From the NCBI GenBank assembly GCA_964016885.1, contig OZ024747.1, forward strand, positions 59,458,001 to 59,522,000: a DNA stretch of 64,000 nucleotides, given 5' to 3'. The DNA comes from Eledone cirrhosa (Eukaryota). A program made the position numbers and the translations under genes. The notes under the pieces were generated by a model. It did not search any database and was not told the DNA's origin. It saw nothing but the letters and a program-made list of their open reading frames with translations. Shown piece after piece: positions 12,985-25,770 of the stretch; the stretch's first letter is position 1; each line of letters starts with the position of its first letter.

Positions 12985-13545
12985 ACACTGAAGCTATGAT
13001 TATAATAATACCCTTCCTCGATAGAAAACAAAGTTAACCTTAGTAGAATTTGAATTTAGAATGTAATGAGCTCTCACTAAATACTGCAAGGTAATTTGTC
13101 TGATGGTTTAACAATTTTGTCAATCCACTGCCCTCAGGTATGAATATAATAATAATTGTTTCTACTTTTGACACAAGGCCAGCAATTATCCCAGTGCATT
13201 ACTGGTACTTTATTTTATCGACCCCGTAAGGATGAAAGGCAAAGTTAACCTCGGTGGGATTTGAACTCAGAATGGCAAGGGCCGTAACTATGCATCAAAG
13301 CATGGCGTCCGACCCTCTATTGATACTGCCAATCCACCAATATGAATATAATAATAATGGTTTCTGATTTAGGCTCAAGGCCAGCAATTTAAGGAAAAGT
13401 CGATTAAATCAATCACAGTGCATGACTGGTACTTTATTTTATTGACCCTGTAAGGATGAAAGACAAAGCTAACCTTAGTGGGTTTTGAACTCAAAGTAAA
13501 GGAACGTAACTATGATGGAAAGTCTGATGCTCTACCTATACTATT
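12985..13545 (-). mobile_element. Three tandem copies of tRNA-derived SINE family B
   Basis: Each copy has AAAGTTAACCT..G.GGGATTTGAACTCA (reverse complement of B box GAGTTCAAATCC) and an (ATT)n tail; the middle copy 13145-13340 is nearly identical to 43555-43751. Confidence 0.8.
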
Positions 13546-13621
13546 AATAGCATATATGTGTACTACACACAAATTATGTATAAGTAGAAGAGTATATTTA
13601 AATAGACATGCATAATTTATT

Positions 13622-13846
13622 TTAACCTGTCATTACAATATTTCCAACGAAAGACACTGTCTATGTATTTCAATTAATTCAAGAAGAATTTGAGGAATTT
13701 AGTAAAATAACAGTTTCATGATCATGTTGGTGTTTGGAACATTAATTAACATATTTGTAGATGAAACGTTGATGGGATGTTTTTAATATGAGGAAGAACA
13801 CTTTAAAACGAGCAGTTTCAGGAGGGTTCATATCAAAAAGGGTTAA
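13622..13846. mobile_element. Degenerate TTAA-flanked MITE
   Basis: TTAACC ... AAAAGGGTTAA termini; internal similarity to the 7165 and 21008 elements. Confidence 0.45.
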
Positions 13847-15179
13847 TACATAATATCATTATTGTTTATTTTTGTTTTTTTTTAGAGAAGAAACAAAGTA
13901 CATTATTTGCTAAATTGTAAAAAGAAATTAATGAATTATAAGTAACAGCTGTGAGTGAAAGCATTTGAAAATATTTGATAATCACTGTTCAATGTGGCAC
14001 AAAATCACTCTTTTGAACTCTTTTGTCTCTAGAACAATACACTTATTTTAAAATCAAATTGGAATTGTTGTTCAATGAAAATGTTTTAAATAATAAAATA
14101 ATGTCCTTTGCAAACTGTTTCTAAAAAACAAAGGTGCATCTTATATCTCCAAAGATATGGTACATAGACAAATATTAGTTATTCTACATATGAAAAATAA
14201 TTTTCATATTTTGAATATTCTTTTAAAAATCACTTTTAAAAAACTGTGTTTCGAATATGTACAATATAGAATAAAAGGGTTGGTGCCAAGAACAGTATCA
14301 AACCATAAAACAGCCCCATAGTGGTTATGATTAAGTGTACCATAGAACCTACAAGGCTAACCCTTGCTATTGTAGGGAAATGGCCTTAAAATGCTTGCTG
14401 CTGTATATAAAAAATAATAATAGTAAGAAATAATTTAGAGGGATTGGTAAAACACAAAATATATTTCTATATTTGATAACAGATAACAACATAAAATGAA
14501 TAGTGAAGAGAATGGTTAAAACATTAAGAAATTCATAATAAAATAAAATTTAATGATAATTGAATAATCTAGAGAAAATGAAATATGCAAGAATAGAATA
14601 CAAAATTTAAAATAAAAAAGGTTTCAAACATAAATCAAATAATATAAAAGCAATTGGTAGGTAATATATAATATATAATATAATTAGGTCTAAAAGCAGC
14701 ATAATTGTTGTGGCTTCATCTTGTAGTGGATTGAGAGCTGCTGGATAGAAGCATAACATGTAGGTATTCAAAATAAATAGAGAGGCAGAATGATAAAAGT
14801 ATTGACAACCAGTTCTCTTTAGGATAACCAAATTGTGTAAAAAACATTGTGTCTGTAAGGAAGAAACATCTTAGTTAACTGTTCAAAATTCAAAGGTTAT
14901 GTTAAATTCAAGAAAATGTAAAGTATTTAGTTAAGATATCAAAATCGAAGATTATAGAAGATTCAAGAAGGTTTGGAGTAAGTATATAATGTCAATTTCA
15001 TTTCATCAAAAGATTGTTACAAATCTGTGTGTATGTGTCTGGTGTGTGTGGTATGTAGGTGTGTGGTATGTGTGGTGTGTGTGGTGTGGTGTGTGTGTAT
15101 GTTTAATGGTTAAGATACAATGATGTCACAAACAAAACTCAGCTTTGTAATAGTTTTATTATTAACAAAACAAAATGAA

Positions 15180-15375
15180 AGGGTGTTGGATTAACAGAAC
15201 CCTTAGAGTGCCATGCAAAGTACATTGTAGTGTTTGATTACAGCTCTTAAATTTCTGAATTCAAATCCTGTCATGGCCAACTTTGCCTTTTAACCTCCCA
15301 TGGTTGATCAAATAAAGTACCAGTCAAATACTGGGTTGATTTAATCAATCGCTGGCCTTAAAAACGATTATTAAT
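15180..15375 (+). mobile_element. SINE family B
   Basis: TGAATTCAAATCC...AACTTTGCCTTT...GATCAAATAAAGTACCAGT. Confidence 0.65.
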
Positions 15376-15849
15376 ACAAAGTGAAAAATCTTCAGGTCAG
15401 AAAGGTATCAATTATTTTACCACCATTTTTAATAACAATAGAATCAAATCAAATAAAACAAGGATCTAGTGATAAACAAAAAGCAATCTAATTATTGATT
15501 TGGACAATTAACTGGCTGCTAGTGTAAGAATGATTTTACTATCTTGTAAATGATTGTACTAAATGATTGATTCACTTGAAGTTTTTATATAATAAAGAGA
15601 TCTTAGAGAAAGGTATATCTAATACTTCAACCACACACAAACTCTAGGATTTCCTGATATTTTTGTTTTTACTAGAATGTTGCCTTTCAGTTTAGAGTGA
15701 CTTTCTTTCAATTCTTTTTAATGGAAAATGAAAAATTAGAATTGAAATTTACAGCTCACACCAATACCGGTTTAACTGGCCTCCATCAAAATTGTATCTC
15801 ATTGGTTTCTTCAGTGTTTAATGACAGGGGGCTGTCGTATCATGAAAGG

Positions 15850-15968
15850 CAATATAAAATGAAGCATTTTGCTCAAGAACACAACATGCAGCCTGATCCA
15901 TGATTCAAACCCACAATCTTATGATCAGGATTCCAACACCAAAACCACTAGGCCTCACGCATTCACAA
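15850..15968 (-). mobile_element. SINE family A
   Basis: AAGCATTTTGCTCAAGAACAC...ATTCAAACCCACAA...ACCACTAGGCC (reverse of head and core). Confidence 0.65.
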
Positions 15969-16631
15969 GGCACATTTTGAAATAAACTAGTTGTATTTCA
16001 GCCAGCAGGCTGAACGAGGAAAGAGTAAGGATAAGAGAGTGATAAAGGAGGCAGAGTGTAAGGTGATAGGAGTGGAAGAGAGACATGTTGGCTGTTGGTA
16101 GTGAGTAGGAGGTTAAGTAGATGAGCAGTATGATGAAAAAACACTAGATATGTGTCATGGTAGGAGAGAGAGATGGATAGCAACAGAGAAGTGTGATAAA
16201 ATGAATGGTAGATGTCAGTTAAGTCTTATGGGAGAGCAACTGATGGTCAGTGGTAGAAGTAATGGATATCAAAAGCTATGGATGATGTTAAAAAAGAGTG
16301 CCAGTTAAGTATCTCAAGTTGGGGGGGGGGGGGGGCTAGAAGGGGACAAAACCACAACATCCCTTGTTACACAAGGTGATGGGAAGAGAGAAATAGTTGA
16401 TAATGGGTACTGGCAGAGGCATTGGGAGTGAACAGATCAAATGCTTTCTTACATTACTCAGCATGGTATAGTGCAAAGGATAGAGGGTAATATATGGAAG
16501 GGTAGCTATGGGGGCAGCAGGTGGAGCCAAAATTGCAGTATGGTGGGTGTGAGGCCCAAGGGTCTATTATACATCCTAATCTTCATCACCACCACCACAG
16601 GGCATTTCTAGTCAACAGAGCTTTGTCATCT

Positions 16632-16744
<113 letters not shown>

Positions 16745-17365
16745 GGGGTTTGGCCCTCTGACCCATATAGAAGTGCAATAACGCTGAATAAGAACTTACT
16801 AAGTTTGTAGCAACCAATCAAGATCATGTCAGCATGGAAAGCTGGTGTGAGATGATGATGATGATATGTATATATATTTCATAGAGAAATGACTTCTGCT
16901 AGACTAGAAGTCATTTCTATATGAAATAAATATGCACCTTCACTACTAATTTATTAAATAGCTTATTTAACTGAAGTTCCCTTCCATTTTTCTTTGGATA
17001 ACTATTCTTTACCACACACACACATTTAATATAGAAATGGCTTCTACAAGACTCAGTTCTAGTCCTGCAGAAGCCATTTCTATATTAAACATCATGTTTA
17101 CACTCTACTAATGTATTGAGTATCTTACTGTGGTTACCCCCAATTGAACCTGGGACTCACACACACGTGAATATGTGAATGTGTTTAAATACAAAGAAAA
17201 ACATACTTAATACACACAACAGAGTTTGTACATTTCAATAGCAGCTGAAGCTTCTGGAATTTTTGTTCTATGTTTCACATTAATAATTGTTCAAACAACT
17301 GAAGCAGAGAAATGGCATGACAATATATAAGCAAAATATTCTTGTTAGAAAAAACAAAATATAGT

Positions 17366-17561
17366 TAAGACTTTAGTATTTAAGCCAGCCATATTCGGCC
17401 AGAATTCTTTCGCCTCTTTCTGTTCAAACCTGCTGCTGCTCATACTTATTGATCTCAAAATAAATAATATCAAAATCTCATAGATTCGATATTATGAGAT
17501 AAAGCCTTTACTGTGAAAATACAGTAGTAAATATAGAGTAATGTAAATGCTAAAGGGTTAA
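17366..17561. mobile_element. piggyBac-like MITE, same family as 11774-11979
   Basis: TTAAGACTTTAGTATT ... AATGCTAAAGGG-TTAA; shared core AATATCAAAATCTCATAGATTCGATATTATG. Confidence 0.7.
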
Positions 17562-17622
17562 GTCATTGAGGTTTCATTGCTTGCAAAAATATTTTTAGAA
17601 AGTACATTAGCATTTCATTAAT

Positions 17623-20125
17623 TGTGACGCAAATAACCTAACTATCTGTAACACTAACTTCAAAAAACGAGACAATCACTTGATCACCTACAGATCAGGG
17701 GAACATACCAGCCAGATAGATTATATCCTTACCAGAAGACGTGACAGAGTGTCTGTTGTAAACACTAAATCCCTCCCCCATGAAGAATGCACCTCCCAAC
17801 ATAGACTGATAATTAGCGACCTCATAGTCAGGACGAGATGAACTCGACAGCAGAAGAGGACTATCCTCAGGAGAAAAATATGGAAGCTAAAGGACCCCAC
17901 AGCCAGAAATAAATTTAAAAGCATATTACTTGATGCTTTCGACAGTAAGGAAGAGCATTTAGAGTCATACAATATAGAGGAACAGTGGGAATTCCTGAAA
18001 GCAAACCTGCTGATGGCGGCAGACGAAGTCTGTGGCTGGAGCAGGCCTATAGGCAGGAGGAGAGTAACATGGTGGTGGAACAGTAAGGTGGAGGAGTCAA
18101 TTAAGGCCAAAAAGCAGGCTTGGAAAGTATGGCGGGATGGGGGAAGTAGAGAAGACTATCAAGTGGCCAGGAGGGAAGCTAGGAGACAAGTGTACTTCGC
18201 AAGAAGGGAAGCCGAGGAAAGAAAGTTCAAGCATGTTCTACAACGCGAGGACCAAAAACGTGAGGTGTTCAGGATTGCTAGGCAATGTGTCAAGGAAAAC
18301 CGTGATATTGTCGGGGAGAAGTGTGTCCTTAATGATGATGGTGTACTTGCCATCACTGACGCTGATAAGAAGGTAGCTTGGAAGTGTCACTACGAAAGGC
18401 TACTAAATAAGGAGAATAAATGGGAGAAAGACAGTCTCCCCCACATCGACCCAATAGAGGGACCAGCAGTGTTAGTCGAAGGTAGTATAATAAGTAAGGC
18501 AATCAAAGATATGAAGATGGGTAAGGCGGTTGGGCCTTCGGAAATAGTTGCTGAAATGCTGAAAGCTTCTGGAACGGTGGGACACACCATGGTCACCCGG
18601 ATAGTAAACCAAGTCATACAGAATGGGGTTGTTCCGAAGGACTGGCGTAGCAGCATCATCATTAACTGCTACAAGGGTAAAGGAGATGCTCTTGATAGGG
18701 GTAACTATAGAGGCATTAAATTAATCGACCAGGTCATGAAGGTCACAGAAAAAGTAATAGCGCAACTAATCAGAGAGAGAATTGATCTAGATGAAATGCA
18801 GTTCGGGTTTGTGTCAGGTAAAAGTACCACAGACGCTCTTTTCATTGTACGACAACTACAGGAGAAGTACCTAGCTAAAAGTAAACCCCAATACTTAGCT
18901 TTTGTCGACTTGGAGAAAGCCTTTGACAGAGTCCCCCGTTCCATTATCTGGTGGGCTCTTAGAAAACTAGGTGTTGATGAATGGCTTATGAGAGCTATAC
19001 AAGCCATGTATAAAGAAACAGTCAGCAAGGTTAGAATTAACGAATATAGTGAAGAGTTTAGCGTAAAAGTTGGTGTTCATCAGGGCTCCGTTCTTAGCCC
19101 CCTACTATTTATTATTGCCCTTCAGGCTATAACAGTGGAGTTCAAGACCAGCTGCCCATGGGAACTCCTATATGCAGATGATCTAACGCTCATAGCTGAA
19201 TCAATGGCCGAACTAGAGAAGAAATTCCAAACATGGAAGCATGGCCTAGAATCAAAAGGCCTTAAAATTAACCTGTCTAAGACTAAAGTTCTAGTTTGTA
19301 GGAAGGAAAATAGGGCGCCGGTCCCATCCGGGAAATGGCCATGCTCAGTGTGTAGGAAAGGAGTAGGTAGAAACTCCATTTTATGTCCCAAATGCAAAGT
19401 ATGGGTGCATAAAAGATGTAGTGGGATCACATGCAAGTTAACTAAGAACATAGATTTTATATGTGGCCGGTGCTCTGGTGCAATAAGTAGCAGCAAGTGC
19501 CCACAGAATACTAGCTCATTCCATTGCACAGATAGTTCTATATAAATAGTGGACAGCTTCCGTTACCTGGGTGACAAAATCAGCAGTGGGGGAAGGGTGC
19601 TCTGAAAGTACAGTAGCTAGAGTCAGAACTGGATGGAAAAAGTTCAGAGAGCTTATACCACGATTAGCCGCAAAAGGGTTCTCCCTAAAAATGAAAGGCA
19701 GGCTGTATGATGCCTGCATACGAAAAACAATGTTACATGGCAGTGAGACCTGGGCATTGTGTGCAGAGGATATACGCAGACTGGAGAGGAACGAAGCTTG
19801 CATGCTCCGCTGGATGTGTAATAGTAATATACGTGAAAGGCAAAGCATAAACGAACTAAGGGAAAAATTAGAAATAAGAGGGATCAGATGTTTACTTGAG
19901 AGAAGACTACGTTGGTATGGTCACGTGATGCGCATGAAAGACGACAGCTGTATAAAAAAGTGCAGGGCAATAAAAATAGACGGTAGCCACAGAGTAGGCA
20001 GACCCAGAAAAACCTGGGACGACTTGATAAATTCCGACCTCACACACTTACACCTCTCCAAGACAATGTCACTGGACCGAGATCTTTGGCGCGACACAGT
20101 AATAGAGAAGACCCGCCTTACCTAA
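17623..20125 (+). pseudogene. RTE LINE ORF (endonuclease-RT-PHD finger), disabled
   Basis: The same frame runs from 17623 through ORF 18013-19545 with motifs NYRGIKL, QFGF, FVDLEKAFDRV, GVHQGSVLSPLLF and YADD (19171-19182). In-frame stops at 17839 (TGA) and 19543 (TAA); a frameshift near 19590 joins the 19571-20125 frame. Confidence 0.9.
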
Positions 20126-20519
20126 GTACAAAGTGAAACCTACTACAGTCAGTAGGCACCTCTAACAAAATACACCCCCGTCCCACTACCTCCACCCCAT
20201 CCACACCACCCCTTTCAATGTAAAGTTATGTTGGTACCACAACATCCAGCCCGAAACAAATGAGGTCGTGTAGGTGTCACGACAAAAAAAACACACAGTC
20301 CACGCTGTAATGTGGCCGTGTAGGTAACATGGTAAAAACCTCCCAGTTCCACACTGTAAATGTGGTTGGTGTTAGGAAGGGCATCCAGCTGTAGAAAACC
20401 CGCCAGACCGTCCTATGCGAGCAAGACAACAACTCTTGCTTCAAGTGGGAAAACTCCCATCCAAATCCATGCAAGCGTGGAATATGGACGTTAAACGATG
20501 ATGATGATGATGATGATGA
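17623..20519 (+). mobile_element. 5'-truncated RTE-clade non-LTR retrotransposon (LINE)
   Basis: C-terminal APE endonuclease (NTNFKK...TYRSG...QIDYIL...SQHRLI), RT domain, RTE-type C-terminus (RRLRWYGHVMR...GRPRKTW), 3' UTR of about 390 bp and a (GAT)n tail. Confidence 0.93.
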
Positions 20520-21007
20520 GGATATGTGATAATTTCATCCATTCACGAGCAAAAATGTAATAATTTTATGTCTTTGTGGTGATCAGTTTTTGTACAATGT
20601 AACATACTATCACAAACTTTTGTAATTTTTACTAACAGATGGAAACTGATGGCTTCTTGTAGACACTTCCACTGATATTTATTGATGAATTACCAAATAC
20701 TAAAGTAATTTATTCCACATATATGAGTGGTCATTGAAATTTCATTGGTCACAAAGACATTGTTAGAAAATCCATCATGCCTTTAATTATCATATGCAGA
20801 ACATGATACATATAAATATTTAAATGCAAAATCATGTGGTATTTTTATGTCTTGTTTCGTGTGTATTAAATGGTGTAAACTTTGTCTCACACAGAAATAT
20901 AGCACACTATTACAATATTTTGAAATATAGACAAAAAGGTTGGAATTGGTGAATTCCTGCAGAAACGTCCATTGATATTTATTGAGAAATTTCCAAATAC
21001 CAACAAC

Positions 21008-21602
21008 TTAACCCTTTTCATACCTCTAAAGTCTGTCTTTAGCCAGAAGGGTCGTTGGGCCGGAGCTTATCCCAGTTCCATGGCGTGAAGCGACTGAGAG
21101 TACAAGACTCCCCCCTGGACAGGATGCCAGTCTATCGCAGGGTTAAACCCCCAGCTATTGCTGGTGCTCATTTTCAGCTGAGCATACTGGAGCAATATGA
21201 AATGAAGTGTTTTGCTCAAGAACCCAGCCCAGAAATTGCACCAACAACATTATGATCGTACGTCCAACACTCTTACCACTAGCTCATGCACCTCCACATG
21301 CCTAACTACCTGAAATTGCCACTGGTTCTATGGTACAAATCAGTATATTTTTAAATAGTTCTATTTATCTAAAAACTGTTCATTGTAAATTATGTAAAGT
21401 TTTTAATTAAAGCTCCAAAAGTTCATACCTAAAAATATGATGAAAGGATTTTAGATAAATATAAACACTTCAAAACAAACAGCTTTGTATCATGGAACTG
21501 GCATCAGTTTCAGGCAGTTTGATAACAAAAGTTTTAGAAAGGGTGGTTTTGTTTCATAGAACCAGAGCCAATTTCGGCCTGGTTGGTATCAAAAGGGCTA
21601 AC
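21008..21602. mobile_element. TTAA MITE region with a nested SINE
   Basis: TTAACCCTTTTCATACC ... GGTATCAAAAGGGCTAA termini; a further partial copy follows to about 21797. Confidence 0.5.
21030..21300 (-). mobile_element. Near full-length SINE family A with a V/Meta-like central domain
   Basis: Reverse complement shows a tRNA head, TTCTTGAGCAAAACACTT and CCCTGCGATAGACTGGCATCCTGTCCAGGGGGGAGT. The domain assignment is from memory of SINE core domains. Confidence 0.7.
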
Positions 21603-22233
21603 AAAATATTTTAAACAATTTAGTAAAATTACTAATTTTTTTCATTACTAAGATAGTAACTTAACATAAGGTTCTTATATAAAATTATGTTCGAATTTGA
21701 AGATTTTAATTCAATTAGGAACTCCTTACAATGAATGACATTTGTTTTTTTATAGAACCAGAGCTGGTTTTTGCCAACTTAATCTTAAAATAGTTAATAA
21801 ATGTTGTTTAATGATTTAGTGCAAAGAATACCAAATAGAAATATTGTTACAGAAATAGATCCTTGCAAAATGTTCAATTCACAGCACATAAATTTATCCA
21901 AGAAGTTGTTTATACAGCACATCATTTTAGGAATATTTTTACAGCTTTTCTAAATGTTTTCAGACATATTGGTATGAACACCAATATGGGTCAATAAAAT
22001 TCCAAGAATGATTGACCTTATTACGAATATAGCACATTCTTTCAATCATAGATTTCATGTAACTCATTTACTATTAGGACCCTCTATACATGTACATAGA
22101 CACAGAAACACACATATATAAACAATGAATATTATAGTATTATACCAAGTCGTATACCAGAAGTTCAGACTAAAGGAAAATAACAGAAGTTATTTCGCTG
22201 TTACAAATATACTAGTATGTATATGTGTGTGTA

Positions 22234-22762
22234 TCATTATCATCATTTAATGTCTATCTTCCACGACAGCATAGATTAGACAGGTTTGTCCCATTTAGAG
22301 GCAAGTTGGGCTGGATGACCATGCCTCGCTCATATAGGACTGTTTCTGGCTGGTTTTCTATGGCTGGATGCCCTTCCTAACGGCAACCACATTTACAGTG
22401 TGTGCTGGGTGCCTTTTTGCCATGTCTTTTACACGACCACTTTACAGTGTGGGCTGGGAACTTTTTGTTGTGACACCTACTCGACCACTTTACAGTGTTG
22501 GCTGGATGTTTTGTGGTACCAACATAATATATATATATATATATATTTGTGTGACATCATCATCACCATCGTTTTCATCTATTTTCCACGCTAGCATGAG
22601 TCAGACGATTGTATATCACGGAAAAAAAGCACCCAGCACTCACTGTAAATGAGGTTGGTGTTAGGAAGGGCATCCAGCTGTAGAAATCAAGCCATAATCA
22701 GTTCCCATCCCACCCTTGCAAGCAGGGAAAAGCGGACGTAAAATGATGATGATGATGATGAT
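22234..22762. mobile_element. Cluster of RTE 3'-tail fragments in opposite orientations
   Basis: Minus copy 22234-22525; short minus stub at 22556-22600; plus copy 22620-22762 ending in (GAT)n, which is the reverse complement of 38049-38180. Confidence 0.75.
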
Positions 22763-23492
22763 ATATATAGATATATATACTGTGGTTCATATCATGCACA
22801 TATAATCATGCACATATAATCTATTTATTTTTGTAATGAAACCATTTCTCATCCTGTTCTAGTGGTTTTCATTATCTTCCTCTTCTCAGTGTGTGCCACC
22901 TAAGAATGTCTCTGAGTTGCAACTCCTGTTCTCATCCCTCTCCCTCTTACCCCACATACTCAAATATATACAACAGATCCAAAAGTGCCAACTCCATGAA
23001 AATGTTGCCAGGGGTGGATTACACCCCTCACACTCTGATTCCTAGCTACACTACTGCTAATACTACACAGGTACCTCCTAATTATGTGAACACTCATTCA
23101 AGTCTATAGTAGTTTGGTAAGCAGTAATGCAATTGTAAAAATCCAGTTTGGTTTTCTTGATTCTCTGAAACCAATAAGTGTGTTTCCAAACGGTTAAATC
23201 AGGCAGACCATATATATCACAACACAGTATATAATTGGTGTTATGGTTAAATAAATTTGGAATTTGCTTTGCAAATATAAGCAGACAGTGTAAAATACAA
23301 GAATTAATTTTTTCCCAAAATAACACATTGTATTTCTTCAAAATAGGTATTATTCTATTCATATTATTCTATTCATATCTAATTATATATATATATATAT
23401 ATATATAATCATCATCATTTAACATCCATTTTTCCTTGATAGAATAGAGAGAGAGAGATATGCAAAATCCCAACCGTGGCACCAAGCTTGTG

Positions 23493-23968
23493 TCATCATC
23501 ATCATCATCGTTTAACGTCTATCTTCCACGCTAGCATATGTTAGACAGGAATTGTCCCATTTGAGGTAAGATTGGTCGGGTGACCATGTCTCGCTCATAT
23601 AGGACTATCTGGCAGATTTTCTACGGTTGGATACCCTTCCTAACACCAACCACATTTACAGTGTGGACTGGGATCTTTTTGCCGTGTTACCTACACGATC
23701 ACATTACAGTGTGGACTGTGTTTTTGTTTTCTCTTTTTTTTTGTTGTGACACCTACACGACCTCATTAGTTTGGACTGGATGTTGTGGTTCCAACATAAC
23801 TTTATAGAAAAAAGGGTGGAGTAGGGGTAGTGGGTTTGGACGGATGTTTGGAGGGGCCTACTGACTGTAGGTTAACTTTGCATGTAGGGAACGCGGGTCT
23901 TCTGTATTACTGCGTGGCACCAAAGATCTTGATCCAGTGACATTGTCTTAGAGAGGTGCAAGTGTGCA
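23493..23968 (-). mobile_element. Heavily 5'-truncated copy of the 17623-20519 RTE LINE (ORF end, 3' UTR and tail)
   Basis: Reverse complement aligns by eye to 20043-20519, e.g. CAGTGACATTGTCTT/AAGACAATGTCACTG, GCGGGTCTTCT and (CAT)n CGTTTAACGTC. Confidence 0.88.
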
Positions 23969-24762
23969 AGGTGCATGTATATATATATATATATATATAA
24001 ACTACAGCCATCACCTTCAATCGAGTATGACTTAGTAGTATGCTTTCACTAAGAGTTTTAGATGCCTATGCAGTTGCAAACAGACAGCCACCCTCTCAAC
24101 ATTATCACTTTTACTAATATAATATGCTTTATCCCTTAAGCCATTCACAACTAAAGTATTGTTGGAAGAGCTATAAGAGATCTTCAAAATTTCCTCCTTG
24201 GCAGAAATGCTTAAGAGCAGGGCCAAATTCCATCATCTAATATCTGTATATGCCTTGGAAAGTTGAATTGCTTCAACAAAAATATGGAAGCATGTTTGTT
24301 ATCAATATCAAACTGTTAAAACATAGTTACTTGTTAAATGAAAAAACAGTGTCACTGATCGAGACAAAGTAAGAGTATTTGAATATATATGAAAATGAGA
24401 AAACTCATCGCTAGAACTGCTGTCAAAGACAGTGATGGGCAAAAATGTCTTAGATGACAGAGACCAGTAGTCAACAGAGAAACAAACCACAAGGTGGGTG
24501 ATAGGCAGATGAAATATAGAAAAGATTTTATATTTTAAACCAGTGAAAAACACAAACTGAATTTTACCATAAAGATAGTCAAACAATATTATATATTTCT
24601 GGTATAATTATATCCAATACATATCTTTTAAAAAATTATTGATATTTTAAACTGTCAGATTAATTAGTTGCATATATGGATTACAGTAGAAATCCATGTT
24701 ATGATCATTAAGATTGCAACTAAGAGATTTTGCTTTTTAATGCTTCAATATAGTTACTAGTT

Positions 24763-24910
24763 AGGTGGTGAATTGGCAGAGTTATAACGTTGAACAGAAT
24801 GCCTTACAGTACTCATGTTGGTTCTCTGTGTCTGCATTCAAAATCTGCCAGGGTCAACTTTACCTTTCATCCAATTTAGATCAGTAAGCACTAGCCCAGT
24901 ACTGAGGATC
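24763..24910 (+). mobile_element. SINE family B, degenerate
   Basis: GGTGGTGAATTGGCAGA...TTCAAAATCTGCCAGGGTCAACTTTACCTTTCATCC. Confidence 0.6.
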
Positions 24911-25467
24911 AATTCTCTATCCTGCTCTCCTGGAAGAAATTGGCTATGATCCAATATAATTCTGTGTTATTCTTTATTGGTTTTATTTAAGATGTTCATG
25001 TACACTGCTCAATCTTTTCTGACTGCATTGTGCAGACAATGGTGGTACATGCATATTTTGAGAAATTTTTAATATCCCTTATTCTTCTTCTAAACAAAAT
25101 GATTGGTTTTAGTTTGAATTTATAAGAAAAAGTCAGATTACATCAAATAATTCATTTTTGAAGAAATGCTGTATGTTCTCCTGCAGAAGTTGCATTTTTT
25201 TTTTCCTATGAGAATACGATGTGAAAAACCAACATACAACCTATCTACTCAACTACAAATTCTTAATTTGTAATATTTGATTCATACTAAATATTGTATC
25301 CCTGAATAACGTAGGAGGTATTGGCAACAGAAAGGACATCCAGCTGTAAAGTATTGCATCAAAATGGATTCCATTATGAACATGAAGCTTTCATGGAGCC
25401 TGCACAACTAACCCTTGCTTGAGAGGGAATATTTCCTTAAAACGTTTGTTACGGGTACTACTGGTGC

Positions 25468-25770
25468 TGTAAATGTTGTATGAAAAATGAAGGTGGGTCC
25501 TATCTGTACAACTTACAAAACCTCAATTTATAAAATATGGTACATTGTAAATGTTTTATGAAAAATGGAACTATAACTTATCTACTAGACTTACAAAACC
25601 CCAATCCGTAATATATAGTGCATTATAAACATTTGAAAAATGGAAGTGCCACCAATCTACTGATCCTACAAACCCTCATTTCATAGTGTATGGTACACTG
25701 TAAATGTTGTATTTATAAAATATGGAACACTGTAAATGTGGTATCAAAAAATGGAGCCACCAGTACAACT
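25468..25770. repeat. Diverged ~78-bp minisatellite, about 4 units
   Basis: TGTAAATGTT..ATGAAAAATGG...CTTACAAAACC recurs at 25468, 25546, 25624 and 25699. Confidence 0.65.

Noticed and set aside
17721-19848. Antisense ORFs overlapping the LINE
   Set aside because: They are shadow ORFs of the RT coding strand with no independent evidence.
17623-20519. Intact, autonomous LINE
   Set aside because: It lacks the 5' part of the endonuclease and has two in-frame stops and a frameshift; I could not identify a TSD.
23075-23164. Minus-strand exon candidate (TTTCAG acceptor, GAG|GTACCT donor)
   Set aside because: All three frames contain stops and there is no supporting homology.
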